From an uncultured bacterium (GTDB lineage: Bacteria > Chloroflexota > UBA5177 > JANWHV01), in NCBI GenBank assembly GCA_963729625.1, contig CAVSOU010000014.1, positions 5,096 through 69,095 on the forward strand: 64,000 bases of DNA, read 5' to 3'. Shown one piece after another: positions 54,140 to 63,343 of the stretch (the first letter of the stretch is position 1; each line of letters starts with the position of its first letter). Made by a program: the position numbers and the translations under genes. The notes below the pieces were generated by a model, which ran no database searches, was not told where the DNA came from, and saw nothing but the letters and a program-made list of their open reading frames with translations.

Positions 54140-55516
54140 CTACTCCTCACTCTCATGCGTTCGCGGCTGGTTGCCGAGCACTGTACCGCGCCGTATTTCC
54201 CTCGCGGGCGTCCCGGCCACGGTCGTGTTATCGGGCACGTCGTGCAGCACGACACTGCCAGCGCCGGTATACGCGCCATCTCCAATGACGATCGGTGCAC
54301 GCAGCATCGTGCCGACCCCGAGAAACACCTTATCACCGATTGAGGTCTTGTGCTTCTTCGCCCCATCGTAATTGGCGGTGATGGTGCCGGCTCCAACGTT
54401 GACGTGATGACCGGTGGTTGTGTCTCCCAGATAACTGAAATGTCCCATCTTGGTACCTTCGCCGATGAAGCTGTTCTTGGTCTCGGCGAAATTTCCGAGA
54501 TGTACGTCGTCGGCAAGCGTCGACCCCGCGCGCAAATGTGAGTAGGGACCAACGTGCACGTGATCGCCCAATTCGGAGAACTCAATCTGCGACGATATGA
54601 TCGTACAGTCATTTCCGATCGACGATGCGACAATCCGGCTCTGCGCGCCGATATGGCATCGCTCGCCGATCGTGACGCCCGGCTCCACGATCACGTTCGG
54701 CTCGATGACGGTGTCTCGCCCAATGGACGCGTCGGCCGCGATATACACTGAGGCCGGATCGATCAGCGTCACGCCGGAGGTCATAATCGTCTCGTTCACG
54801 CGCCGTCGCATGATCGCTTCGGCGTGCGCCAAACCAATTCGGTCGTTGATGCCGACGAATTCATCCGCCGACGCGCCAGGCACGACCAGGAGCCCACCGG
54901 CCGCGGCCGCCAACTCAGCGGCGTCGGTGAGATAGATTTCGTCGTCCCCGTGCCTCGGCAATGTCGGCATCGTATCTTCAAGCCACTGTGCATCGATCAC
55001 GTACAGGCCGGTGTTGATCTCATTGATCATGCGCTGGGTTTCGGTCAGCCATTTGTCTTCGACGATCGCGAGGGGTGCTCCGCCTGGATCGCGGATAATC
55101 CGGCCGTAGCCGTCTGGCCGCGCGACGTACGCGGACTGGACTGTCAGTGTGGCTCCGTGCTCGCGGTGCCGCGCCCTCAGGTTGATGAGCGTCTCGGCCG
55201 TGATCAGCGGCATGTCCCCATACAGCACCATCAGCTCAGTGCATGGCGCGCTGATCGCCGCAAGCGCGATGCTTACGGCATGGCCGGTTCCGCGCTGCTC
55301 GTGCTGCACCGCAGTCTCAACGTCCGCTGGAAGCAGACCGCGCACGATCTCGTGCTCATGTCCGATGACGTAGAGGGGCGTTAGGTCTGGTACGGATGCA
55401 ACGGCGCGATGTACATGCTCGATCATCGCCAGGCCCGCGACCTTGTGTGCGACTTTCGGAAGTGCCGACTTCATGCGCGTGCCCTTGCCCGCCGCGAGCA
55501 CAATGGCAACAGTCAT
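54140..55516 (-). CDS. glmU: Bifunctional UDP-N-acetylglucosamine pyrophosphorylase / glucosamine-1-phosphate N-acetyltransferase
   Basis: The N-terminus is AIVLAAGKGTRMKS. The C-terminal region is a left-handed beta-helix of hexapeptide repeats. The glmU-prs gene order is classic. Confidence 0.9.
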   Translation of the reverse strand: MTVAIVLAAGKGTRMKSALPKVAHKVAGLAMIEHVHRAVASVPDLTPLYVIGHEHEIVRGLLPADVETAVQHEQRGTGHAVSIALAAISAPCTELMVLYGDMPLITAETLINLRARHREHGATLTVQSAYVARPDGYGRIIRDPGGAPLAIVEDKWLTETQRMINEINTGLYVIDAQWLEDTMPTLPRHGDDEIYLTDAAELAAAAGGLLVVPGASADEFVGINDRIGLAHAEAIMRRRVNETIMTSGVTLIDPASVYIAADASIGRDTVIEPNVIVEPGVTIGERCHIGAQSRIVASSIGNDCTIISSQIEFSELGDHVHVGPYSHLRAGSTLADDVHLGNFAETKNSFIGEGTKMGHFSYLGDTTTGHHVNVGAGTITANYDGAKKHKTSIGDKVFLGVGTMLRAPIVIGDGAYTGAGSVVLHDVPDNTTVAGTPAREIRRGTVLGNQPRTHESEE

Positions 55517-55926
55517 TCGAAGGCACCTCCTCTAGACGCCAATACTAAATGCCAAAATTGGCTCGCGTGGGGGGTGGTAGCTCGCCGATCTCCGCCGGCC
55601 GGGAGGAATGCAGGTCCACCGAGCTTTGCAATAGACTCGCCCGGCCAGCTCTCCAAGCCGTCATGCCGCACCTCGCCGTGCGCGCTCCGGCTATCAGTGT
55701 AGCAGGTGGCGTCGGGTAGAAGGCTCAGATACTCGGGGCCGGGCGCCAGACCGATACGCGGCGTGAGGCGCAGTCTTGGATGGCTGCAACAAGCGCGGCC
55801 CGTTGCGCAAGCGTCAACGTGAAGGAGCGTCAATGAGCGCTGCCAAGGCGAGAAGCAGGACCAGGGGCGGCGCTTGGCATGGCCGCAACGAGGCGCGCAC
55901 AGATTCTGGCGGCGGCGGAGATGTGC

Positions 55927-56148
55927 CTATATTTGCCAGTCGAAAGCCCCAGCAACGTCCTCGTCGTCGATGCCGGCCATGGCACGCGCGATATGCCGCG
56001 CATTCGACTCCTCATGCCTTTGAATGCCGGCAGCGACCGCCTGACCAATCGCGGTTGCCAGACCATCGAGGGCTCGCGGCTCATCGGGTGACCATCCTGC
56101 GAGTGCTAATCGTGCGGCGTCTGTTACGATCTTGATCAAGTCCTCCAT
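55927..56148 (-). CDS. Small hypothetical protein (73 aa)
   Basis: A good RBS (AAGGTGGAG) lies 5 nt upstream of the ATG. The composition is acidic and helical. No family was recognised. Confidence 0.5.
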   Translation of the reverse strand: MEDLIKIVTDAARLALAGWSPDEPRALDGLATAIGQAVAAGIQRHEESNARHIARAMAGIDDEDVAGAFDWQI

Positions 56149-56189
56149 CGCGACTCCACCTTGGCTGCTCGTTTCACGCGTACCGCACG

Positions 56190-56834
56190 CTATTTCTTCG
56201 GAGGCGTCGGCGTTCCAAATGGCTCACCGAGGAACGGTGCATTATCCTTAACCAGTCGAATCATGCTGTCTCGCATGCCGGCGGGGAGCATGTTGGTCAA
56301 CTGTGGCACGTTCTCCCACAGCCAAACGGCAATCTGGGCCTGATGAACTTGCTTGTTGAAATCCGTAGAGTTGAACTGCGCCAATCCTGCCAGCAGGATC
56401 ATGCTCAGCAGTACGCCGCGCGCCAGCCCAAGTGCGAGGCCGCCAACACGGTCGATCCAGCCAAGCATAAGGAACCGTTCGACCCACACGAGCAAGTTGG
56501 CCGCAATTTCGACGACGATCACAATGGCAACGAACGCAATGAGAAACGCCCATCGACCGTTGATCGCCGGGTGCTGGATTCCTGCCTGTTTGAGAGCCGG
56601 GTCAATCTGAACCGCCAACTGACCTGCGAATAGCGCTCCAAGGACGATTCCGGCGATCCCTGCTATAGATCGGAGCAGGCCTCGCCAGAGTCCGAAAAGC
56701 CCTGAGACCACGATAATGCCGGTGATCGCCGGGTCCAACCAATCGGAACTAGAATTGGCAGCTGCTGCGGCGTTCAAGATCACGGCGTATCCTCCGGTAA
56801 TGGGCAACCTTGCGCGGCCAAGCCCCAGTCGCAT
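56190..56834 (-). CDS. cvpA: CvpA-family membrane protein
   Basis: The pattern DP.ITGIIVVSGLFGLWRGLLRSIAGIAGIVLGALFAGQL is typical of the colicin V production protein family. Confidence 0.75.
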   Translation of the reverse strand: MRLGLGRARLPITGGYAVILNAAAAANSSSDWLDPAITGIIVVSGLFGLWRGLLRSIAGIAGIVLGALFAGQLAVQIDPALKQAGIQHPAINGRWAFLIAFVAIVIVVEIAANLLVWVERFLMLGWIDRVGGLALGLARGVLLSMILLAGLAQFNSTDFNKQVHQAQIAVWLWENVPQLTNMLPAGMRDSMIRLVKDNAPFLGEPFGTPTPPKK

Positions 56835-57155
56835 AGTAGCACAGGACGCTGCTCCGAAATAGCCTAACCCCGGACAAAGCTATCCGCACGGAGCCGCCCG
56901 CCCGCTGCGGAAGAATGGAAGGGCGATCCATTGGGTACCGCCGGGGTACCTGCCCGAAGGGCGGGTCGTCGCGAGTCGTGGTACCCGGTCCTGCAGCCGG
57001 CTGTGCGTACGGTAGACACTTCAGTCTAAGCGATGGCCCGCGAAGCGGGTCGCGGGCCATCGCGTGCTGCGGCCAGTGGGCGCGATGTGACATCATGCTC
57101 AAGATGTCCACCGAGTTACCGCCGCGGACATCTTCAGCAGGACCGTGCGCCGGTG

Positions 57156-57755
57156 TTACACGTCGGTTGTCGGCGGTGCCGGCGGTGCCGGCGGTGCCGG
57201 CGGTGCCGCCGGCTCGGCAAGAATGCTATAGATCTCCCGACGAGCACGGTCGATCGCATCGCGGAGCCTGGCAAGCCTTGCCGGGTCTCCACTGGATGTT
57301 CGGGCTGCCTGCACGACAGCACGGCCAAATTCGAACACCTCGCGGCCGAACGCCCGAACCTCAGGCGAAGCGCCAAATTCGGGTGGACCCCAGTGGTGGC
57401 CGGTTCGCTCCCGGTTGTGAGACTCCAGGTACTCGCGGCCCTCGTCGGTGATCGAATACACGCGTTTGCCGTCTTCGGTGACAGACCGGACGTAGCCTCG
57501 ATCCTCGAGCATCTGCAGTGTGGGATAGACAGAGCCGGGGCTTGGCGAATAGAAGCCCGAGAAGCGGCTCTCGAGCTCCTTGATCATCTCGTACCCGTGC
57601 TTCGGCCGCTCCTTCAGGAGGTCCAGCAGCAGAAACTTGATGTCTCCGCGCCCGAACCGCCGTTCAGGTCCCATGCCAAAACGCCGTCCAAAACCGTTCA
57701 TCCAGATGTACCCCCTCCAGTGCGCTCCGGGCCCGCAGTATGTCGACGCAGTCAT
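57156..57755 (-). CDS. PadR-family transcriptional regulator with an (APP)n C-terminal tail
   Basis: GDIKFLLLDLLKERPKHGYEMIKELESRFSGFYSPSPGSVYPTLQMLEDRGYV is present. The start is either ATG 57755 or ATG 57701; both have a GGAGG-type RBS. Confidence 0.8.
   Translation of the reverse strand: MTASTYCGPGAHWRGYIWMNGFGRRFGMGPERRFGRGDIKFLLLDLLKERPKHGYEMIKELESRFSGFYSPSPGSVYPTLQMLEDRGYVRSVTEDGKRVYSITDEGREYLESHNRERTGHHWGPPEFGASPEVRAFGREVFEFGRAVVQAARTSSGDPARLARLRDAIDRARREIYSILAEPAAPPAPPAPPAPPTTDV
57171..57206. repeat. Four tandem copies of the 9-bp unit CGGCGGTGC
   Basis: Read directly. The repeat encodes the PAPPAPPAPPAPP tail of the PadR protein on the minus strand. Confidence 0.9.
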
Positions 57756-57986
57756 TGCTGATCCCTCCTCGGTACATAGATAGCGACTGCTAGCGATATA
57801 TCGATAGTAGATCCCGTGCGGGTTCAGCGCAAGTACTTGAACTGCAACATGGCGAATGCAGATGGGATGTCGCAAGGATTGGCCACGTCGCTCGCGGCAG
57901 AAACCGTGTACCGTGTAGCGTAATTGCTGGAGCCGGACGGCGCCGGCCGTTTGTTCGTGCGGGACCGACCCTGGAGGACCTGCGGT

Positions 57987-58277
57987 ATGGCACAGACCTT
58001 CCGAGTAGCCTACGTAAAACAACCGGGATCGAACCTGATCATCGTCTTTGTTACGCCGTTCTTTCGCGACCTAACTTTCGACCAACAATGTGTGCTTTCA
58101 GACGAACTGCAAGCCAGGGCAAAGGCGGCGGGCATGCGAGGCCAGGTTGGGTTCGTCTGGACGGATAGGGACGGGACGATGGGATTTTGGGCGCCCAAGC
58201 AGTTCGATTCGTTCCTGAGCAAGCTCAGTCCGCTGATACTTGCCAAGAGTCTTGACCGCACGCTGACAATCGAATAG
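57987..58277 (+). CDS. Small hypothetical protein (96 aa), divergent from PadR
   Basis: ATG 57987 lies 8 nt after GGAGGA. The composition looks coding (MAQTFRVAYVKQPGSNLIIVFVTPFF...). No family was recognised. Confidence 0.5.
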   Translation: MAQTFRVAYVKQPGSNLIIVFVTPFFRDLTFDQQCVLSDELQARAKAAGMRGQVGFVWTDRDGTMGFWAPKQFDSFLSKLSPLILAKSLDRTLTIE

Positions 58278-58326
58278 CGGCCCGAACCGGAGAATCAGGT
58301 GATCGCGCGTGGTGACCGGAGGGCTA

Positions 58327-59565
58327 TCAGCGAGCTCTATGGCTGACTTCCGCCCGCATCGTCCCCCTGCTGGCTACCGTCCGAGAAGCGACGGCGGCAA
58401 AGAGTGTGGGGACGCGGAGATGCGCGAACAACGGTACGAGGGCGGCGGTGATCCAGCAGAGTGTGCCGACCATGCGAGGGCCGATCTCCACGGCACCGAT
58501 TGTCGTAGCGCCTGCGACCATCAAGAAACCGGAAAACCACTCTGCCGTTTGGGCGTTGCTCCGGATGGGAATACTCTCCCTGAAATGCAGGAGCGCCAGA
58601 GGCCGGACCAGCGCCCCGACTAGTAGAAGGAGCGCTCCCGGCAGTCGTTGCCAAATGTCAGCCGCAGGAACCAGGAGCATGCCCGTGACCGCGCAGAGCA
58701 GAATCGGACAGTCTAGCGGCCGCAGATCCGGCGACCTGCGACGCTCTACGCGGAGTGCGCGCTGCATGCCGACAACGGGACGAATATCGCCGGCACGCGC
58801 GCGCCACGCACGCCATAGTCGACGCCAGCACCAGTATGTGGCAAGGCACGCACTGACCAGCGCGAAACTCGCAACACAGTCGAGTACGTAATGGTTCGCC
58901 GTAACAACTACCGTTGCGACCATGAGGGTTGGGAATAGCAGCGACAGCATACGCTGGTCCCACCTGCGGCCTGCCACAAACAGGCCCAGTCCCGTAACAA
59001 GTGCCCAAACCATATGGATACTGGGCATCGCCGCGTACGGATCGTACCCGCCGAGCTCCCGCAACTCCTGTGCGGACGCGGTCATCATCGTCACGTCTTG
59101 CATGCCGTATGGCTGACCTACAAGCACGAATCGGGGAGGCGCCACGGGATACCATGCCGCGATGAGTATACCGATGAACGTGGCAGCAATCGCGAGAATG
59201 CACAGCCGTGTGAACAGGCGGGGCCTAAACAACAAGACCCAGAGCAGCAGTGAGGCTACCCACGGGACCTGGCCACCGGCATAGATCAGCTTGGACGCCG
59301 CCCGGACCGCGGTATCGTCAAGCAGGGGGCTGAGCAACGGCGGCCGACCGTGATGCAGTGCGAGATACTGGAGGCGAGGCTCGATCAGGATGCCCAATCG
59401 CTGCTCGAGGCCCACCAGGGCCTCCGCGTGCTCATGCGCCAGAGCAGGCTCTTTCGGCACAGACCTATTGACGCGCCCGTAGAGCTCCAATGCGGCTATC
59501 GCCACGACAAGGTGCGGAGCCATGCGCGGCAGGTTCGCACTGACGCGCAACAGCCTGTGTCTCAT
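58327..59565 (-). CDS. PAP2-superfamily (PAP2_3 / Aur1-Ipt1-like) integral membrane protein with an extra C-terminal multi-TM region
   Basis: AMPSIHMVWAL and TANHYVLDCVAS (PAP2 C2/C3-like His/Asp motifs) are present. The ATG overlaps the stop of the upstream paralog (ATGA at 59562-59565). Confidence 0.7.
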   Translation of the reverse strand: MRHRLLRVSANLPRMAPHLVVAIAALELYGRVNRSVPKEPALAHEHAEALVGLEQRLGILIEPRLQYLALHHGRPPLLSPLLDDTAVRAASKLIYAGGQVPWVASLLLWVLLFRPRLFTRLCILAIAATFIGILIAAWYPVAPPRFVLVGQPYGMQDVTMMTASAQELRELGGYDPYAAMPSIHMVWALVTGLGLFVAGRRWDQRMLSLLFPTLMVATVVVTANHYVLDCVASFALVSACLATYWCWRRLWRAWRARAGDIRPVVGMQRALRVERRRSPDLRPLDCPILLCAVTGMLLVPAADIWQRLPGALLLLVGALVRPLALLHFRESIPIRSNAQTAEWFSGFLMVAGATTIGAVEIGPRMVGTLCWITAALVPLFAHLRVPTLFAAVASRTVASRGTMRAEVSHRAR

Positions 59566-60950
59566 GATGCCCTTTCCCGACCAACGGCGCTCAGCGGTTG
59601 CCGCAAGATCGTCGCAGGCGCCGCGTCGGCTTTTGCCACCCGGACACGAGCAATCAGCGGTAGCAGCGCGGCGGCAAGCCAGAGTACGGCACTGCCGAAC
59701 CGAGCGTTCGCATCGCCCGCGCCCACACATGTGCTGCCTACTACGAACAGGAAGCCGCAGTACCAGTCGGTCCTGTCAGCACGCGTGCATAGAATGTCAC
59801 CATGCTGGATCCGATGCCGAACGACTGGCGGCACGGTGGCCAAGCACACGAGCAAGCCAAGACCGATCGCGCGCTGCGCAGGATCGCTTGAAATGATCAG
59901 GATCACTGCCATCGTGGCTCCGAGAGCGAGCGGGCGATCCAGGGGGCGCAGATTGGGATTGCTCCGACGCTCATGTACCGGAAATGCGGACGCGAAAGTA
60001 CGCTTGTGATTGGCTCTTCGAGGGCGCCGTGCGCAGACCCTCACACGTGCGCGTTCAGCCAGAATGCACGCTACCACGAGCACCACGGACGCGATACAGT
60101 CCAGGATGTAGTGGTTACCCGTGACGATTACGGTTGGCACCATGGCGGCCGGAAACAACGCGGCCAGGAGCCGTTGCCATGAGGATGTGGCTGCAGCGTA
60201 CAGGCCGAGACCGGTCAGCGCTGCCCAGAGCATGTGAGTGCTCGGGAGCGATGCGAAGGGGTCAAACACGGACTGCCGCACGAGCGCCGCTTCTGACTGA
60301 AAAGGATGAAGCACGTCAACGACCCCATACAGAGGGCCGGTCATGGCAAACCGTGGCGGCGCAACAGCATAGAGTGCGGAGAACGCGATCGCAAGCAACG
60401 TGCCGGCAACGAGTACGTTCCTTATCGGAGCGAACCGCTCTCGATGGAACACGTATAGCCAAAGTAACATCGCCGCCAACCAGTGCAGTTGACTACCTGC
60501 ATAGACCACGCGGACGATCTGCCGGATTGCGCCTCCGTCCAGAAGTCCGGAACCGGCAAGTGAGCCGTGCTGCAACGCAGCCCGCTGCACCGTTCCTTCG
60601 ACCGCGATCCCGATGCGGCGCTCCAGGTCGATGAGCGCGGTCGCATGGGCGTGGGCGAGTGCGGTCTGGCGCGGCGCGCGCAGGCTGATGGCGCGATAGA
60701 GCTCGTAGCCACCCAACAGTATGATGACGTTCGGCACCGCCTGCTTGAGGTTCTTGCAGCACGCACACACGAGTGGCATGCGTGATGAGCGTTTGTACGA
60801 ACGCATCTCGCAGTTGCTCTTGCCGCGAGCCAGCAGGCGCGCGATCGCACCGGGGAAGTCTTTCGGGCTTCGACGCTGCGATTCGGTGCCGGCACTCAGC
60901 GGCAGCATTGTTGGCTCGCCCGCGTCGTCCCGCTGCCGAGAGATAGACAC
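59562..60950 (-). CDS. PAP2-superfamily integral membrane protein (paralog of 58327..59565)
   Basis: SLPSTHMLWAAL and TGNHYILDCIAS are present, with the same overall architecture as the paralog. The start codon is uncertain. Confidence 0.7.
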   Translation of the reverse strand: MSISRQRDDAGEPTMLPLSAGTESQRRSPKDFPGAIARLLARGKSNCEMRSYKRSSRMPLVCACCKNLKQAVPNVIILLGGYELYRAISLRAPRQTALAHAHATALIDLERRIGIAVEGTVQRAALQHGSLAGSGLLDGGAIRQIVRVVYAGSQLHWLAAMLLWLYVFHRERFAPIRNVLVAGTLLAIAFSALYAVAPPRFAMTGPLYGVVDVLHPFQSEAALVRQSVFDPFASLPSTHMLWAALTGLGLYAAATSSWQRLLAALFPAAMVPTVIVTGNHYILDCIASVVLVVACILAERARVRVCARRPRRANHKRTFASAFPVHERRSNPNLRPLDRPLALGATMAVILIISSDPAQRAIGLGLLVCLATVPPVVRHRIQHGDILCTRADRTDWYCGFLFVVGSTCVGAGDANARFGSAVLWLAAALLPLIARVRVAKADAAPATILRQPLSAVGRERAS

Positions 60951-61422
60951 CTCAGGGCGTGGCTACATGCGCATCGCGATAAGCGGCCAAGCATGGGCAA
61001 GCCACGGTTCAAGCAACTCATATCCTGATGCCCAAAACTCCACATTGGTTTCGCGCCGGATACCAGTATCAGTTAACCATGTGTCGAGCCTCAATTGTAT
61101 TACCCATTCGTGTGTTCGCGTTTCAGGGGGACGACAACGACCGCGATGCGCAGCACGTCGCACATGACGCTCGCGCGATCATGGCGGGTGTCAAGCTGCG
61201 GAATCGTGTTTCCGGCAGAGGCGGCCAGGCCATAGCCGAGCTGACGGTCGACAATTTGTGCTTCAGCCGGCCGCGCACAACAGTTCGCGTGCGTCACTCA
61301 CCCATGCCTTCATCCGCAGGGTCAACGTCCTGCCGCGCCTTAAGCAACCCGGCCCGAACCATCGGTTGCTTGTCTCCTCTGTGCCGGTCGGGATTGCTCG
61401 GGCGGGCTCCGTCGACCGCCCG

Positions 61423-62397
61423 TCACTTAATGGCGAGGGCGTTGGCCGGCGATCCTGAGCCGCCGATCTTGTTCAGCGGCGCCGCAGTAAACAATCCCTC
61501 GTACACCCTGTCCGTAGCGCAATGCTGGGCGAGAGCGTCTAATACGAATAGCTCACCCACCGCGAGGCCCAGGAGTGGGATCATATGATAGTGCAAGAAC
61601 CCGTCGACGCTGCGCACATCCGGAGGCAGCGACTCGACCGTGGGGCAGTCTGCCGCAACAGCCGCAAGATGATGATCCCAGAGCCACGCGAGCGTACAGT
61701 CCTCTCGAGAAAGCCCTGGGGCGGGAAAGTACGGCTGCGCCGCCAGCCATTCGCGTGTTGCCGGGGACGTGGTCTCATACCAGCCGATCCAACCAAACCG
61801 CAGAAGCAGAATATCGCCGTCCTCGAGCGACACACCCTGGTATTCCAGCGTGGCGTCGACGTCGTCTACGGTCACGACCACCTGTTGACTGTTGTCGACA
61901 GAGCGGCCTTGGCTCCGATAGTAGGCCTCGACATCGGCCAATACAAATCGCCCGGCGATGCCGCGACGTCCCCAGTTATCGATGCCGTTGCGGCTGCCAG
62001 GGCGCCCGGTGATGTCGTCTATTGTCCGACCGTTATAGTAGCCGTATTCAGGATGGGCCATATGTGATAGCGCGTCCCATTGGCTCGACGCTTGTGGCCA
62101 GAAGCTATCGTAGTGGTCGTCCGTTCCCGGATGGACGATCGGAGCGAGGTCGGTAATTGTGTGTTTTAGGGCGCGCCGGCCAAGGATCGGCGGGTTTGGC
62201 ATTTCGAGGTCCCAGTTCAACGAGAAGACACGCCCTTTGCGCACCAGCGCGGCAGCACGGCGCACACGCTCGGGTGTGAGCAGATTGATGGTGCCAACTT
62301 CGTCCTCGGTGCCGAAGACGCCCCACGCCGAGTGGGCCGGTTTCGAAGTATCGATCGGCAGGCTCGCGTAGGTCGGCAGATTTGTGGTCATACCCAA
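61423..62397 (-). CDS. Putative cyclase-family (kynurenine-formamidase-like fold) protein
   Basis: AWGVFG..DE.GTINLLTPERV..AA.LV..G.VFSL and the HPGTDDHYD region resemble the cyclase family. The assignment is by motif only. Confidence 0.6.
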   Translation of the reverse strand: MGMTTNLPTYASLPIDTSKPAHSAWGVFGTEDEVGTINLLTPERVRRAAALVRKGRVFSLNWDLEMPNPPILGRRALKHTITDLAPIVHPGTDDHYDSFWPQASSQWDALSHMAHPEYGYYNGRTIDDITGRPGSRNGIDNWGRRGIAGRFVLADVEAYYRSQGRSVDNSQQVVVTVDDVDATLEYQGVSLEDGDILLLRFGWIGWYETTSPATREWLAAQPYFPAPGLSREDCTLAWLWDHHLAAVAADCPTVESLPPDVRSVDGFLHYHMIPLLGLAVGELFVLDALAQHCATDRVYEGLFTAAPLNKIGGSGSPANALAIK

Positions 62398-62454
62398 CGC
62401 AGTAACCCTCTCGTCACACTTGTTCTTCTCAACAACGGCGCTTGCCAGAGCGCG

Positions 62455-63243
62455 TCACTCCCGGTAGGCGGACAAAGCGCCAGTAATGTATGCCACGACC
62501 TCCTCGGCTGTGGTGCTCTTCTTCGGGAGATCCGCAACTTTTTGTCCACGGCGGAACACGACAACCCGGTTGCAGACCGACCACAGGTGTTCCATGTTGT
62601 GACTGACGATGACCATGGCGATGCCGCGTTCGGCCATGCGTTCAATCAGCGACAGAACCTCGCGCGACTCGCGAACCCCCAGAGCCGCGGTGGGCTCGTC
62701 GAGCAGCATGCAGCGTTGACCCCAGAATGCTCCTCGCGCGATTGCCACGGCCTGGCGCTGGCCGCCCGACATCCGGTTGAGCGTGTTGGAGCGAAGGTCC
62801 GGAATGCTGATGCTCAGCTCGGCAAGCGATGCAGCTGCCGCGGCGGCCATGGCTCGTTTGCGCATGGCAAGAAACGGCCGCATCCACCCCTGATAGACCG
62901 TCTCGCGCCCAAGGAAGAAGTTCTCGGCCACTGTAAACGAGCCCAACAGCGCGAGATCCTGATACACCGTCTCGATACCGTATTGGCGCGCATCGGCCGG
63001 CGAGGCAAGCGTCACCGGGACGCCATTTATAGCGATGTTCCCATGCGTCGGCATATAGACACCGGAGAGGATCTTGACGAAGGTTGACTTACCGGCGCCA
63101 TTGTCTCCTACCAGACCCACGATGTCGTGATCCCAAACATCGAGCGAGACGTCATCTAGGGCCTGCACGCCGCCGAAGCGTTTGGAGATCGCGCTCGCGC
63201 GCACCAACGGGAGTGCGCCGGCGGACACATTCTCTTCTACCAT
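62455..63243 (-). CDS. Sugar ABC transporter ATP-binding protein (single NBD)
   Basis: Walker A GDNGAGKST, signature MSGGQRQ and Walker B MLLDEPTAALG are present. The start was chosen at MVEENVSAG. Confidence 0.85.
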   Translation of the reverse strand: MVEENVSAGALPLVRASAISKRFGGVQALDDVSLDVWDHDIVGLVGDNGAGKSTFVKILSGVYMPTHGNIAINGVPVTLASPADARQYGIETVYQDLALLGSFTVAENFFLGRETVYQGWMRPFLAMRKRAMAAAAAASLAELSISIPDLRSNTLNRMSGGQRQAVAIARGAFWGQRCMLLDEPTAALGVRESREVLSLIERMAERGIAMVIVSHNMEHLWSVCNRVVVFRRGQKVADLPKKSTTAEEVVAYITGALSAYRE

Positions 63244-63343
63244 CTGGGTACTCCCGTCTCGGCCTTGAGCGCAAACTGGATAGTCGCGCGTGACGGCGTC
63301 GTATCTCGACCTGGACAGGTCATGTTCGGGTCGTCGCACATGG

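Noticed and set aside
55517-55926. A 410-bp gene-free stretch upstream of glmU, examined for a tRNA, SRP RNA or riboswitch (for example GGAGGAAUGCAGGUCCACC, vaguely like the SRP 'GGAAGCAGCC' region).
   Set aside because: No T-loop (GGTTCGAATC-like) or cloverleaf is present, and the SRP domain IV motif does not match. It is most simply a promoter/leader region. Scanning with tRNAscan/Infernal would settle it.
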